This document shows positions 28,615 to 36,251 of a DNA stretch of 64,000 bases, piece by piece; the first letter of the stretch is position 1, and every line of letters starts with the position of its first letter. The DNA is from Bacteroidales bacterium (lineage in GTDB: Bacteria > Bacteroidota > Bacteroidia > Bacteroidales > VadinHA17). Both the position numbers and the translations under genes were made by a program. The stretch is from contig DATGWQ010000075.1 in the NCBI GenBank assembly GCA_035299385.1, positions 11,633 through 75,632 on the forward strand, read 5' to 3'. The notes beneath the pieces are model-generated. The model searched no databases. It was not told where the DNA came from and saw only the letters and a list, made by a program, of their open reading frames with translations.

Positions 28615-28692
28615 GCATGGAGCAGGGAGCATGGAGCAGTGAGCATGGGGCAGGGAGCGTGGGGCATGGGGCAAGGACAGAGAATGAGCATG
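28613..28692 (+). repeat. Tandem array, about 11 units of a 7-nt repeat (GAGCATG/GAGCAGG)
   Basis: Reads gagcatg gagcagg gagcatg gagcagt gagcatg gggcagg gagcgtg gggcatg gggcaag... It begins on the ggt stop codon. ORF 28563..28757 (HAPCPMLTAPCSLLHA) is its artefact. Confidence 0.8.
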
Positions 28693-28733
28693 TGCGCCGG
28701 AATTCCCCTCCCCGGAGGGGGCAGGGGTGGGTT
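28689..28733 (+). repeat. 45-nt conserved element, copy 2
   Basis: gcatgtgcgccggaattcccctccccggagggggcaggggtgggtt. Direct repeat of 26838-26882. Its 3' end overlaps the stop codon of the minus-strand gene 28732..29493. Confidence 0.8.
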
Positions 28734-29493
28734 ATTGCTGTAAGACCTTAATTCCAAGCAAATCCATTACCCCGTTGATGAATGTCAACGGATGCACCGG
28801 GTTTCCGGGGACGTAAAGATCAATCTGATGTTCCTCTAAAAAGCTCCTGTCGAGCGCCGGGCTGCCGGCAAAAATCCCGCCGCTGATCGCATCGGTTCCG
28901 GCAAGAATTATTATACGCGGCGAGGGTATTGCTTCCCATGTGAGCAGGAGAGCCTCTGCCATGTTCTTCGAAATGGGCCCGGTAATCACAATCCCGTCAG
29001 CATGCCTTGGCGAGGCTACAAACTCGATGCCGTATCTTCCCATATCGAAATTGACGTTGCCCGCGGCATTCAGCTCCATTTCGCAGCTGTTGTCGCCACC
29101 GGCAGAGACCTGCCTGAGCTTCAGCGATCCCCTGAAAAGTTTCCTTATCTCCTTCCTGACAAGTTCAGGATCAACGATAATATCCTGTTCCGGCCCCTCT
29201 GCAATGATAAGCCTTTTGCGCTCATTAGTGGCAAACCTGTAGCTGGTTGTAAATTGGATCTTTTCAGGAAAGAGCCTTGCACATTCACCGCAAAAAACAC
29301 ATTTTCCAAGGTCTATACTGACAGGTGCGGTTGATATTGCATCGGTGGGACAACACCCCCCCAAAGCTTTTTCATCCACCTTAACGCTACTGATTACCGG
29401 CAGTCCCCTGAATATCCCGGGGACCCTGGCTTTGGACAGGTCGGGAATGTATTGTTTTCCCTGGTGATATAATATTTTGAGCGTGTTCAGCAT
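28732..29493 (-). CDS. Fused ferredoxin-like (HyfH/HycF-type) plus NuoB/HycG-like small-subunit homolog with degenerate FeS ligands
   Basis: 253-aa ORF. The N-terminal part has GGCCPTDAI and CVFCGECARLFP. The C-terminal part aligns by eye to NuoB/HycG (ASPRHADGIVITGPISKNM). The expected Cys positions read GGDNSCEME, GTDAISGG and PGNPVHP. Confidence 0.7.
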   Translation of the reverse strand: MLNTLKILYHQGKQYIPDLSKARVPGIFRGLPVISSVKVDEKALGGCCPTDAISTAPVSIDLGKCVFCGECARLFPEKIQFTTSYRFATNERKRLIIAEGPEQDIIVDPELVRKEIRKLFRGSLKLRQVSAGGDNSCEMELNAAGNVNFDMGRYGIEFVASPRHADGIVITGPISKNMAEALLLTWEAIPSPRIIILAGTDAISGGIFAGSPALDRSFLEEHQIDLYVPGNPVHPLTFINGVMDLLGIKVLQQ

Positions 29494-29502
29494 ATTTTCT
29501 TT

Positions 29503-30996
29503 CTAAAGATCATGCCCGCAATATGACAGGTTGAAGCTTTTATTGCAGACAGGGAAATCTGAAATCTCGTTGTATCTTACGGCAAGGGCAAGGGCCAGCC
29601 AGTTATGGAAGGATGGATCTTTCACCCTGTAAACTTTAATTTCGCCATCAGAGTCAGTAATTGCCGCATGGCAGGTCTCCCCTCTCCAGCCTTCATTCAT
29701 CGAAATTGCGAATGAATCCGGCTTCGGATTTAAACTGGCTTCACCAGCTGGATCCGGCAAACTGCTGATCAGCTTTCTCACGTAAGCAATTGATTGCAGG
29801 GTCTCTTCCTTCCTTATCTGCACCCTTGAATAAACGTCCCCATGATGCTTGATTACAGGCTTATGATCCAGTTCCGGATAAAGTCCGTACGGATGCGACA
29901 CTCTGATATCTCTTTCGAGGGCATTCATCCTGGCAGCCATTCCGACGGTACCAATCGAAAGCAGTTGTTCATAACTGAGGGCGCCGGTCCTCTCGAATCT
30001 CGAAAGTGCACTGGGAAGTTTCGAAACCTCCCTGTTCATTTCGATGAAATCGGGCTCGAAATTATCAAGTACTGAATTCAGCCTGTCAGCAAGCTCATTA
30101 TTGAAGGCATAAGCATTGTATCCCGGCCTTATCAATCCTTTTCCCAGCCTGTTCCCGCACCATTCCTGCATGAAATTGATTACCGGCGTACGGAGTCTTC
30201 CGAATACCGCGCTGCCGAGCTGATAGGCGATGTCCGTGCAAAGCGCGCTCAGGTCACCCGTGTGAACAGCAATTCTTTCAAGTTCCTGCGCCAGTGTACG
30301 CGCAAAAAGTACTTCCCTCTGCTGCTTTACCCCCGAAAGCGCTTCCGCCAGGAAAGCATATGATGATGCATGTCCCGCGACGCTGTCCCCTGCAATTGAT
30401 TCGGAAAGTACAATTCTCTGGATCGCTTTCTTCTTTTCGAGGAAAAGATTTTCAATCCCCCGGTGCTGGTAGCCAAGCTGTATTTCGAGATGAAGTATCT
30501 GTTCACCCTTGCACACAAACCTGAAATGACCAGGTTCGATTATCCCGGCATGAACAGGCCCCACTCCCACTTCATGCAGCTCCTCACTGTCTATCCTGAA
30601 AAACGGATAGTCGTACATTGAAAGTTTTTTATCGAACCTGTTTTCAGCATACCGGGCCGGTTTGAGCCACGGGTGATCAGAATAATTCAGCCCGAAGCTC
30701 TCATTCAAAACCCTCTCGAATTTCTCAAAATTGAAATTCACCGATGAAAATGATTCCAATGCTGAATCCTGTTCTGCAAGCGCAGAAGAAACCAGTATGT
30801 TATGATTCCGGTCATCGGCAATGCAGCATACAAGCTTTATATGACCCCCTTCATGATATCCAAAATATAATAGGCAATGTCTCTCCGGGTGATCTGTCAT
30901 AAGATCGAGATTTGCTTTCCTGAACTCGCCGTAAGGCATGACAGGTATCAGTGCAACACCCGCGGACTCATTATTATATATAGTTAAAAAGCTCAT
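29503..30996 (-). CDS. NuoC-NuoD / HycE(HyfG)-like large-subunit homolog lacking the canonical NiFe cysteine motifs
   Basis: 497-aa ORF. NuoC-like N-terminus, then GPVHAGIIEPGHFRFVCKGEQILHLEIQLGYQHRGIE (group-4 hydrogenase/NuoD signature). The L1 position reads SESIAGDSVAGH rather than CGICxxxH. The C-terminus reads DFPVCNKSFNLSYCGHDL rather than DPCxxC. Confidence 0.75.
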   Translation of the reverse strand: MSFLTIYNNESAGVALIPVMPYGEFRKANLDLMTDHPERHCLLYFGYHEGGHIKLVCCIADDRNHNILVSSALAEQDSALESFSSVNFNFEKFERVLNESFGLNYSDHPWLKPARYAENRFDKKLSMYDYPFFRIDSEELHEVGVGPVHAGIIEPGHFRFVCKGEQILHLEIQLGYQHRGIENLFLEKKKAIQRIVLSESIAGDSVAGHASSYAFLAEALSGVKQQREVLFARTLAQELERIAVHTGDLSALCTDIAYQLGSAVFGRLRTPVINFMQEWCGNRLGKGLIRPGYNAYAFNNELADRLNSVLDNFEPDFIEMNREVSKLPSALSRFERTGALSYEQLLSIGTVGMAARMNALERDIRVSHPYGLYPELDHKPVIKHHGDVYSRVQIRKEETLQSIAYVRKLISSLPDPAGEASLNPKPDSFAISMNEGWRGETCHAAITDSDGEIKVYRVKDPSFHNWLALALAVRYNEISDFPVCNKSFNLSYCGHDL

Positions 30997-30998
30997 TG

Positions 30999-32429
30999 TC
31001 AGTTTGGCAAAATACTTACAACATCCCTGATCAGCCTGACAAAAACATCAGGAGGATTAAGACCAAGCCAGACAGCAGCGGCAAGAAGCAGGTACTGCGA
31101 AAGCGATTCCCATGGGCTGGTCGCCTGAACAGCGCTGTCATCAAAACCATTTGCAGGTATGAAAAGTATCCTCATTATGTTTTTTCCGAATGCATAAATG
31201 ATGATCGTGAGGAGCAGAAGAACAAGAACAAGCAAAAGAATATGATTGCCTTCAAAGAGTGACCTGAAAATAAGGAATTCACTCACGAACAGCCCTGAGG
31301 GAGGCATCGCAGCAGCACAGACAAACCCGGCAAGCAGTACAATTGCACCGGCAGAATTGTATTTGAAATAATTCCCGGTGTCTTCCATGTTTTTGCTTCC
31401 GAAAACCCTGTAAACCTGGTTGAACTGGAAGAACAGCGATGACTTCACAAAAGCATGCAGAACGATATGCAGTATTGCTGCATAATAACCGATGCCGCCT
31501 GCAGCAATGCCGAGCATAACAATGCCCATATGCTCGATGCCTGAATAGGCGAACATCCTTTTGATATTTGTAACCCTCGACATGTACACTGCAGCAACAA
31601 AAACTGACAGCACCGCGGCGACGATGATCACAAGATTCGCCCAGTTATGAAGGCTTGTAGATGAGATAACGGCATAAAATCTGAAGACGCCGGCAAAGCC
31701 AAGATTCATCAGCACGCTGGCAAGAAGTGCGCCTGCAGGAGCGGGAGCCTTGTCCTTTGCGTCGATACCGGCCGTGTACATCGGCACAAGTCCGAGCTTT
31801 GCGGTAAAGCCTGTGAATATGAACAGGAACGCAAGCCTTAACCAGAATGGGTTCAGCCTGTCCCTCGATGCCATCAGGTTGCTGAATGAAAGATCCCGGG
31901 AACCTGCACCCTGAAGAGATAAACTGAGGAAGAGAATCCCGATAAAGACAAATGTGATGCTTATTGCGCAAATGAAGATGTATTTCCATGTCCCTTCAAG
32001 CGCCAGCTTGTTCCTGTGATGATAGATAAGCGCCGAAGCTGACAGCGTGGTAAGCTCGGTAAATATCCATATCACGGCGATGTGATTCGCGAGATAACCT
32101 GCCGTAATGGAAGAAATCAGGACTATCAATGCAGTAAAATAAATTGCCCTTGACTGAGTTGTGCCTGAATGCCTTTTGATGTAAAGCCAGCTGTGAAACA
32201 CTGCAGGAATGACTATTATGCTGAGCGTGACAAGAAGCAGGATCCCGAGTGAATCAAAGGTGAAATAGGTGAATACGGTTTCATTGTACGACATGCATGC
32301 CCATACAGTGAAGCCGGCTTGCAGCAAAGTAAAAAGAATAACAAGAATATAGTTGGTTTTGGTCTTCCTGTTTATGAAAACCAGCCCGGCAATAAGGTAA
32401 GATGCTATAAGGTATGCTGCAATCATCAT
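30999..32429 (-). CDS. Antiporter-like membrane subunit (HyfF / NuoN-NuoM family)
   Basis: 476-aa polytopic ORF. Proton_antipo_M-type segments (FTGFTAKLGLVPMYTAGIDAKDKAPAPAGALLASV, FAYSGIEHMGIV, HAFVKSSLFF). Confidence 0.8.
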   Translation of the reverse strand: MMIAAYLIASYLIAGLVFINRKTKTNYILVILFTLLQAGFTVWACMSYNETVFTYFTFDSLGILLLVTLSIIVIPAVFHSWLYIKRHSGTTQSRAIYFTALIVLISSITAGYLANHIAVIWIFTELTTLSASALIYHHRNKLALEGTWKYIFICAISITFVFIGILFLSLSLQGAGSRDLSFSNLMASRDRLNPFWLRLAFLFIFTGFTAKLGLVPMYTAGIDAKDKAPAPAGALLASVLMNLGFAGVFRFYAVISSTSLHNWANLVIIVAAVLSVFVAAVYMSRVTNIKRMFAYSGIEHMGIVMLGIAAGGIGYYAAILHIVLHAFVKSSLFFQFNQVYRVFGSKNMEDTGNYFKYNSAGAIVLLAGFVCAAAMPPSGLFVSEFLIFRSLFEGNHILLLVLVLLLLTIIIYAFGKNIMRILFIPANGFDDSAVQATSPWESLSQYLLLAAAVWLGLNPPDVFVRLIRDVVSILPN

Positions 32430-32435
32430 TTCATT

Positions 32436-33068
32436 TTAAAAATCCTTCAGGTTGCTCAGCTGATCCACATCCGCATCCCTGAACACATCGCCGATCTTGT
32501 TCAGGAAAATACCCAGTATCAGCACACTCGCAAACACGTCGAGCATCACTCCGAGGTTGACAAGCCCGGGCATCTCATTGCCCACAGCCAGTGATAATAC
32601 GAAAACACCGTTTTCTATCATCATATAACCCATCACATGAGTTATGATCTTTTTTCTTGAAGCTATTAAGTACAACCCTGTGAAAAGTGTGGACAGGGAA
32701 ACAATGAAGAAGAGCTTGTCAAGGTTTGTATCCTTTACCGAACCTGCAAGCAGCACCGTAACAACCACGATCAGTGTTGTGATCAGCAGAGATATGAAAT
32801 TGGGCAGATAGGGCTCTGCATCCCTCGTGATTTTATTTCTCTTTATCAGGTAACCGAGAAATACCGGTACTGCCACAGCCTTGAAGACAACCGTCTCCAG
32901 AAGGATCAGTACCAGGTTGACCGTATTCATTTCGGACAGTTGCATGAAGGCAACCGAAAACAGCAGTAAACCCTGAAGCGCCAGCACTCTCACATAGGTG
33001 ATGATCCTGTTTGCAATTGAGACATAAAACAGTGTTATTATAAATATTATCAGTAAAACGTCTGTCAT
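32436..33068 (-). CDS. Small polytopic membrane subunit (HyfE-like)
   Basis: 210-aa ORF with about 6-7 TM helices. It sits at the HyfE position between HycD-like and HyfF-like genes. Called from position and hydrophobicity only. Confidence 0.55.
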   Translation of the reverse strand: MTDVLLIIFIITLFYVSIANRIITYVRVLALQGLLLFSVAFMQLSEMNTVNLVLILLETVVFKAVAVPVFLGYLIKRNKITRDAEPYLPNFISLLITTLIVVVTVLLAGSVKDTNLDKLFFIVSLSTLFTGLYLIASRKKIITHVMGYMMIENGVFVLSLAVGNEMPGLVNLGVMLDVFASVLILGIFLNKIGDVFRDADVDQLSNLKDF

Positions 33069-33079
33069 TCTGGCATTGA

Positions 33080-33991
33080 TTATGCAAATTTCCCGAGAAC
33101 GAGCAATGCTCCCAGGAAGATTATGAAACTAACTGATGAAAGTGCGAGGATAAACTGTGGATTATGGCTCATCCTGAAACGGGCCATGAACGATTCTATT
33201 AATCCCGCAGTAACGGCAAACATTAGCTGGATGCCGATAAATACCGGGACAGCAACCGCAAGTTGCAGCCCGGTTATGAAGAAATTTGCTATAAGTGCGC
33301 CGTAGATAGCAAACTTCAGATAACCGGCCGTAAGTATAAGTCCGAGATCGAACCCGCTGTTATCGAGTATCATCACCTCGTGGACCATTGTAAGCTCGAG
33401 GTGTGTTTTCGGATCATCGACAGGCATCCTGCTGTTCTCGATCATGGCGATCATTATCAGCACGAATGCAGCCAGGCCACCGAGCAGGTAGGTCACATAT
33501 GAACCCAGGTGTAGGCTGGCAAAAATTTCCCGGAACGATGCATGTCCTGAGATAAGCGCGAATGATCCGATGAGCACAAAGAAAGCAGGCTCGGCAAAGA
33601 GCGAGTACAAAGCTTCCCTGCTTGCCCCCATTCCCTCGAAGCTGCTGCCCGTATCCATTGCAGCAATGATGCTGAAGAATTTTCCCAATGCCAGCATGTA
33701 TGCAAAAAAAACAAAATCACCGTCAAAGCTCATTATCCCTTTTTCACCGCTGAAAGGAATTACAAGGGCGGCCATCAAAACCGTGCTAATGTAAATTGAA
33801 GGTGCAATCCTGAAAATAACGCCGGTCGTGTCGCTTATGACAGCTCCCTTCCTGAATAACCTTATGACATCCTTTACCGGCTGGATAATTCCGGGCCCTT
33901 TTCTGCCTGATGCAAGGCTTTTTGTCCGGTTCACAGTGCCTGTGAAGAAAACTGCGGAAAATAATATCAGCGTTAAACTCAGCATTGTCAT
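33080..33991 (-). CDS. NuoH / HycD(HyfC)-like membrane subunit
   Basis: 303-aa polytopic ORF. N-terminal region ..GRKGPGIIQPVKDVIRLFRKG.. and ..SSFEGMGASRE.. fit the NADHdh (NuoH/HycD) family. Its ATG overlaps the upstream stop (ATGA at 33988-33991). Confidence 0.75.
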   Translation of the reverse strand: MTMLSLTLILFSAVFFTGTVNRTKSLASGRKGPGIIQPVKDVIRLFRKGAVISDTTGVIFRIAPSIYISTVLMAALVIPFSGEKGIMSFDGDFVFFAYMLALGKFFSIIAAMDTGSSFEGMGASREALYSLFAEPAFFVLIGSFALISGHASFREIFASLHLGSYVTYLLGGLAAFVLIMIAMIENSRMPVDDPKTHLELTMVHEVMILDNSGFDLGLILTAGYLKFAIYGALIANFFITGLQLAVAVPVFIGIQLMFAVTAGLIESFMARFRMSHNPQFILALSSVSFIIFLGALLVLGKFA

Positions 33992-36024
33992 AAAGATTTT
34001 AAGATATGAAGAGCCGACATTATCTTATCCCAGAGCAGCGGAAGCAGCAGGACGGTTGTAATAAAGATGATACCATAAAGAATGTACCGCTGCAGCCTCC
34101 CGTTCTGAAGAAAGCGGAAAGCATCAGTGATCCGGTTGATGAGCTTCAGGGATCTGTCAATCAGAACCTTTTCAACCTTGTCGTAGGGATGCGTCTCATA
34201 ATGCTTTTCACCCGGGAAAATTTCAGTTACTTCATCTTCGTGCTTTTCAATTTCGAGCACAGGCCTGGCCAGCTTCGAATATGTGCGCACATATGATGTT
34301 GCCGTGTACTGCAGCTTGCTGTCAGCAGCAGGATAACCGCATCCCCATGTCGGGCCTGTCCTGACCTCCGATTTCCTCGTGGCAACCTTCCTTATGCCGA
34401 TGATGAGAAGGACAAGGACAATGAACAACGCTGAGAGCCTGCTGATGCTGGTAAGGGAATCCAGGGCTTCGATCCTTGCAAAACGGGTGCTGACGGAGCC
34501 ACCGGCTGTCAGAAGATTCACAGGCTGCTTCAATGCCCCGATGAAGAATGAAGGGAACAAACCGATAAGTATGATAAGCCCTCCGGTAAAATACATCGGA
34601 ATAAGGCCGCTTTTTGAAGTTTCTGTAATGTTACCGTAATCGGAACGTGCGGTGCCGAGGAAGACTATGCTGAAAGCTTTCGTAAAGCAAAGTATGGCGA
34701 GCCCGCCGATAAGCGCCAGTCCCGTCAGTGCGAAAACGACTGCAACCTGCGAGATCACTCCTGCACTGAACAGCCAGTTGTAGAGTGAGCCATAGATGAT
34801 AAATTCCGAAATAAAACCATTGAGTGGCGGCAGCCCGCATATTGCAAGGGCTGCCAGAAGAAAGAGCAAGGCAGTAGATGGCATTTTTTTCATTATTCCT
34901 CCCAGCTTTTCAATATTCATCGAATGTACTGCCTGCAGGATATTTCCCGCGCTGTAAAACAGCAGTGATTTGAACAAAGAATGATTGAGCGTATGAAGAA
35001 GGGCGCCGGAAAAACCAAGCACAGCCATCCAGGTATTGCCTGTTCCCATGCCGATGCAACCTGCACCGATGCCAATACCTATAATGCCGATGTTTTCAAT
35101 ACTGTGGTAAGCCAGAAGACGCTTAAGATCATGCTGAATTGTGGCAAGCATAACCCCATACACACCCGAAACCAGTGAAATGACAAGGATAAAACATCCG
35201 GCAGTGAACCAGTCTACCTTCATCACCAGCAGAATCCTGAGAATCCCGTAAATGCCTATTTTTATAACAACGCCCGACATTATTCCTGAAACATGCGAAG
35301 GCGCTGCAGGATGTGCAAGCGGCAGCCAGGTATGGAATGGTATAAAGCCCGCTTTCAGCGCAAAACCTGCAAAGAAGAGGATGAAGAGCGCGGTGCCGTC
35401 GAGAGAGGGACGTGACGAAGAATACTGAGTTATTGCATCAAAATCATATGACCCTGCCTTAACTGCATAATACATAAAGCCGAGCATAAGAAGGACAATG
35501 CTGATATGAGACTGGACAAGGTAATTGATGCCCGCTTTTATCACAGACGGATTGCTGCTTTCAAATATCACGAGGATGAAAACTGCAAGAGCCATCACCT
35601 CCCATAAAAGAAGGAAGATGAAGCTGTTTCTCACCAGGCATACTCCGACAAGCGAAAAATGAACAAGGATGAAAGCAATTGTGTGAAGGGTTATGGCATT
35701 TTTCCTCTCACTGTATTTCCTCATGTAGTTGAAGCCATAAAAGGCTCCTGTAAGCATGGTGAAATTGATAACAAGGATGAACCATGCTGACAACGAATCC
35801 AGCTCAACACTTACCGGGCCAAACATTGCCGGTCCCGCAAGATCGGCACTGAAAGGAACGGAGATGAGTGATTTAAAGGAAAAAAACGACGTTACCGCAG
35901 ACAGGATGACTATTGCCGAAAGTGCAACAAGACCTTTTGCTCCAACCTTTTTCAGAAGTATAATTGAAACAATGGAGATAAAAAGAACAGCAATAAGTGC
36001 ATTTACCCAGCCTGCAAAGTTCAT
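33988..36024 (-). CDS. Antiporter-like membrane subunit (HyfB / NuoL family)
   Basis: 678-aa polytopic ORF. WEVMALAVFILV, FAGFALKAGFIPFHTWLPLAHPAAPSHVSGIMSGV, LAYHSIENIGII and HSLFKSLLFYSAG are Proton_antipo_M hallmarks. It is the first gene of the minus-strand cluster. Confidence 0.8.
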   Translation of the reverse strand: MNFAGWVNALIAVLFISIVSIILLKKVGAKGLVALSAIVILSAVTSFFSFKSLISVPFSADLAGPAMFGPVSVELDSLSAWFILVINFTMLTGAFYGFNYMRKYSERKNAITLHTIAFILVHFSLVGVCLVRNSFIFLLLWEVMALAVFILVIFESSNPSVIKAGINYLVQSHISIVLLMLGFMYYAVKAGSYDFDAITQYSSSRPSLDGTALFILFFAGFALKAGFIPFHTWLPLAHPAAPSHVSGIMSGVVIKIGIYGILRILLVMKVDWFTAGCFILVISLVSGVYGVMLATIQHDLKRLLAYHSIENIGIIGIGIGAGCIGMGTGNTWMAVLGFSGALLHTLNHSLFKSLLFYSAGNILQAVHSMNIEKLGGIMKKMPSTALLFLLAALAICGLPPLNGFISEFIIYGSLYNWLFSAGVISQVAVVFALTGLALIGGLAILCFTKAFSIVFLGTARSDYGNITETSKSGLIPMYFTGGLIILIGLFPSFFIGALKQPVNLLTAGGSVSTRFARIEALDSLTSISRLSALFIVLVLLIIGIRKVATRKSEVRTGPTWGCGYPAADSKLQYTATSYVRTYSKLARPVLEIEKHEDEVTEIFPGEKHYETHPYDKVEKVLIDRSLKLINRITDAFRFLQNGRLQRYILYGIIFITTVLLLPLLWDKIMSALHILKSL

Positions 36025-36193
36025 CTCAAATTCTCACGAGGGATTAAAAAAAACGGTGGCAAAGAAAAGAAAAAATATTCAATAGTGGGGTTAATGGTGA
36101 TAAAAACCTGTTCTCAGTAAAAATTATTCCACAAAAATCTTATTAGGATCCTGCATGTACAAGGGCAGGTTTCAGGTAAATTATCCACATCAT

Positions 36194-36235
36194 AAGAATT
36201 ACGTAATTAATTCCGTAATTAATTACGTAATTCTT
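36194..36235. promoter_or_regulatory. Perfect 19-bp inverted repeat (4-nt loop) carrying two TTACGTAA palindromes; operator or terminator candidate
   Basis: AAGAATTACGTAATTAATT ccgt AATTAATTACGTAATTCTT, checked base by base. It lies about 170 nt upstream of the Hyf-like cluster start (36024) and 17 nt downstream of the stop of gene 36252..37319. Confidence 0.6.
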
Positions 36236-36251
36236 TTAAGCGGGTAGTTTT

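Noticed and set aside
26647-28692. Possibility that the short-period arrays are CRISPR arrays
   Set aside because: The units are 7-8 nt and contiguous, with no spacers. There are no cas genes in the window. The repeats are far too short for CRISPR.
26838-28733. ggt as an integron cassette or transposon, because it is flanked by 45-nt direct repeats
   Set aside because: There is no integrase or transposase in the window. The repeats lack recognisable attC core sites (GTTRRRY/RYYYAAC) or terminal inverted repeats. The same hairpin family occurs at unrelated intergenic sites. The observation is kept only as a structural note.
28732-36024. Annotating the cluster as a functional formate hydrogenlyase or hydrogenase-4 (hyf)
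   Set aside because: Gene order resembles hyf, but the NiFe-ligating Cys motifs and three of four proximal FeS ligands appear absent. No hyp, hycI or fdhF genes are nearby. It is called hydrogenase-related only.
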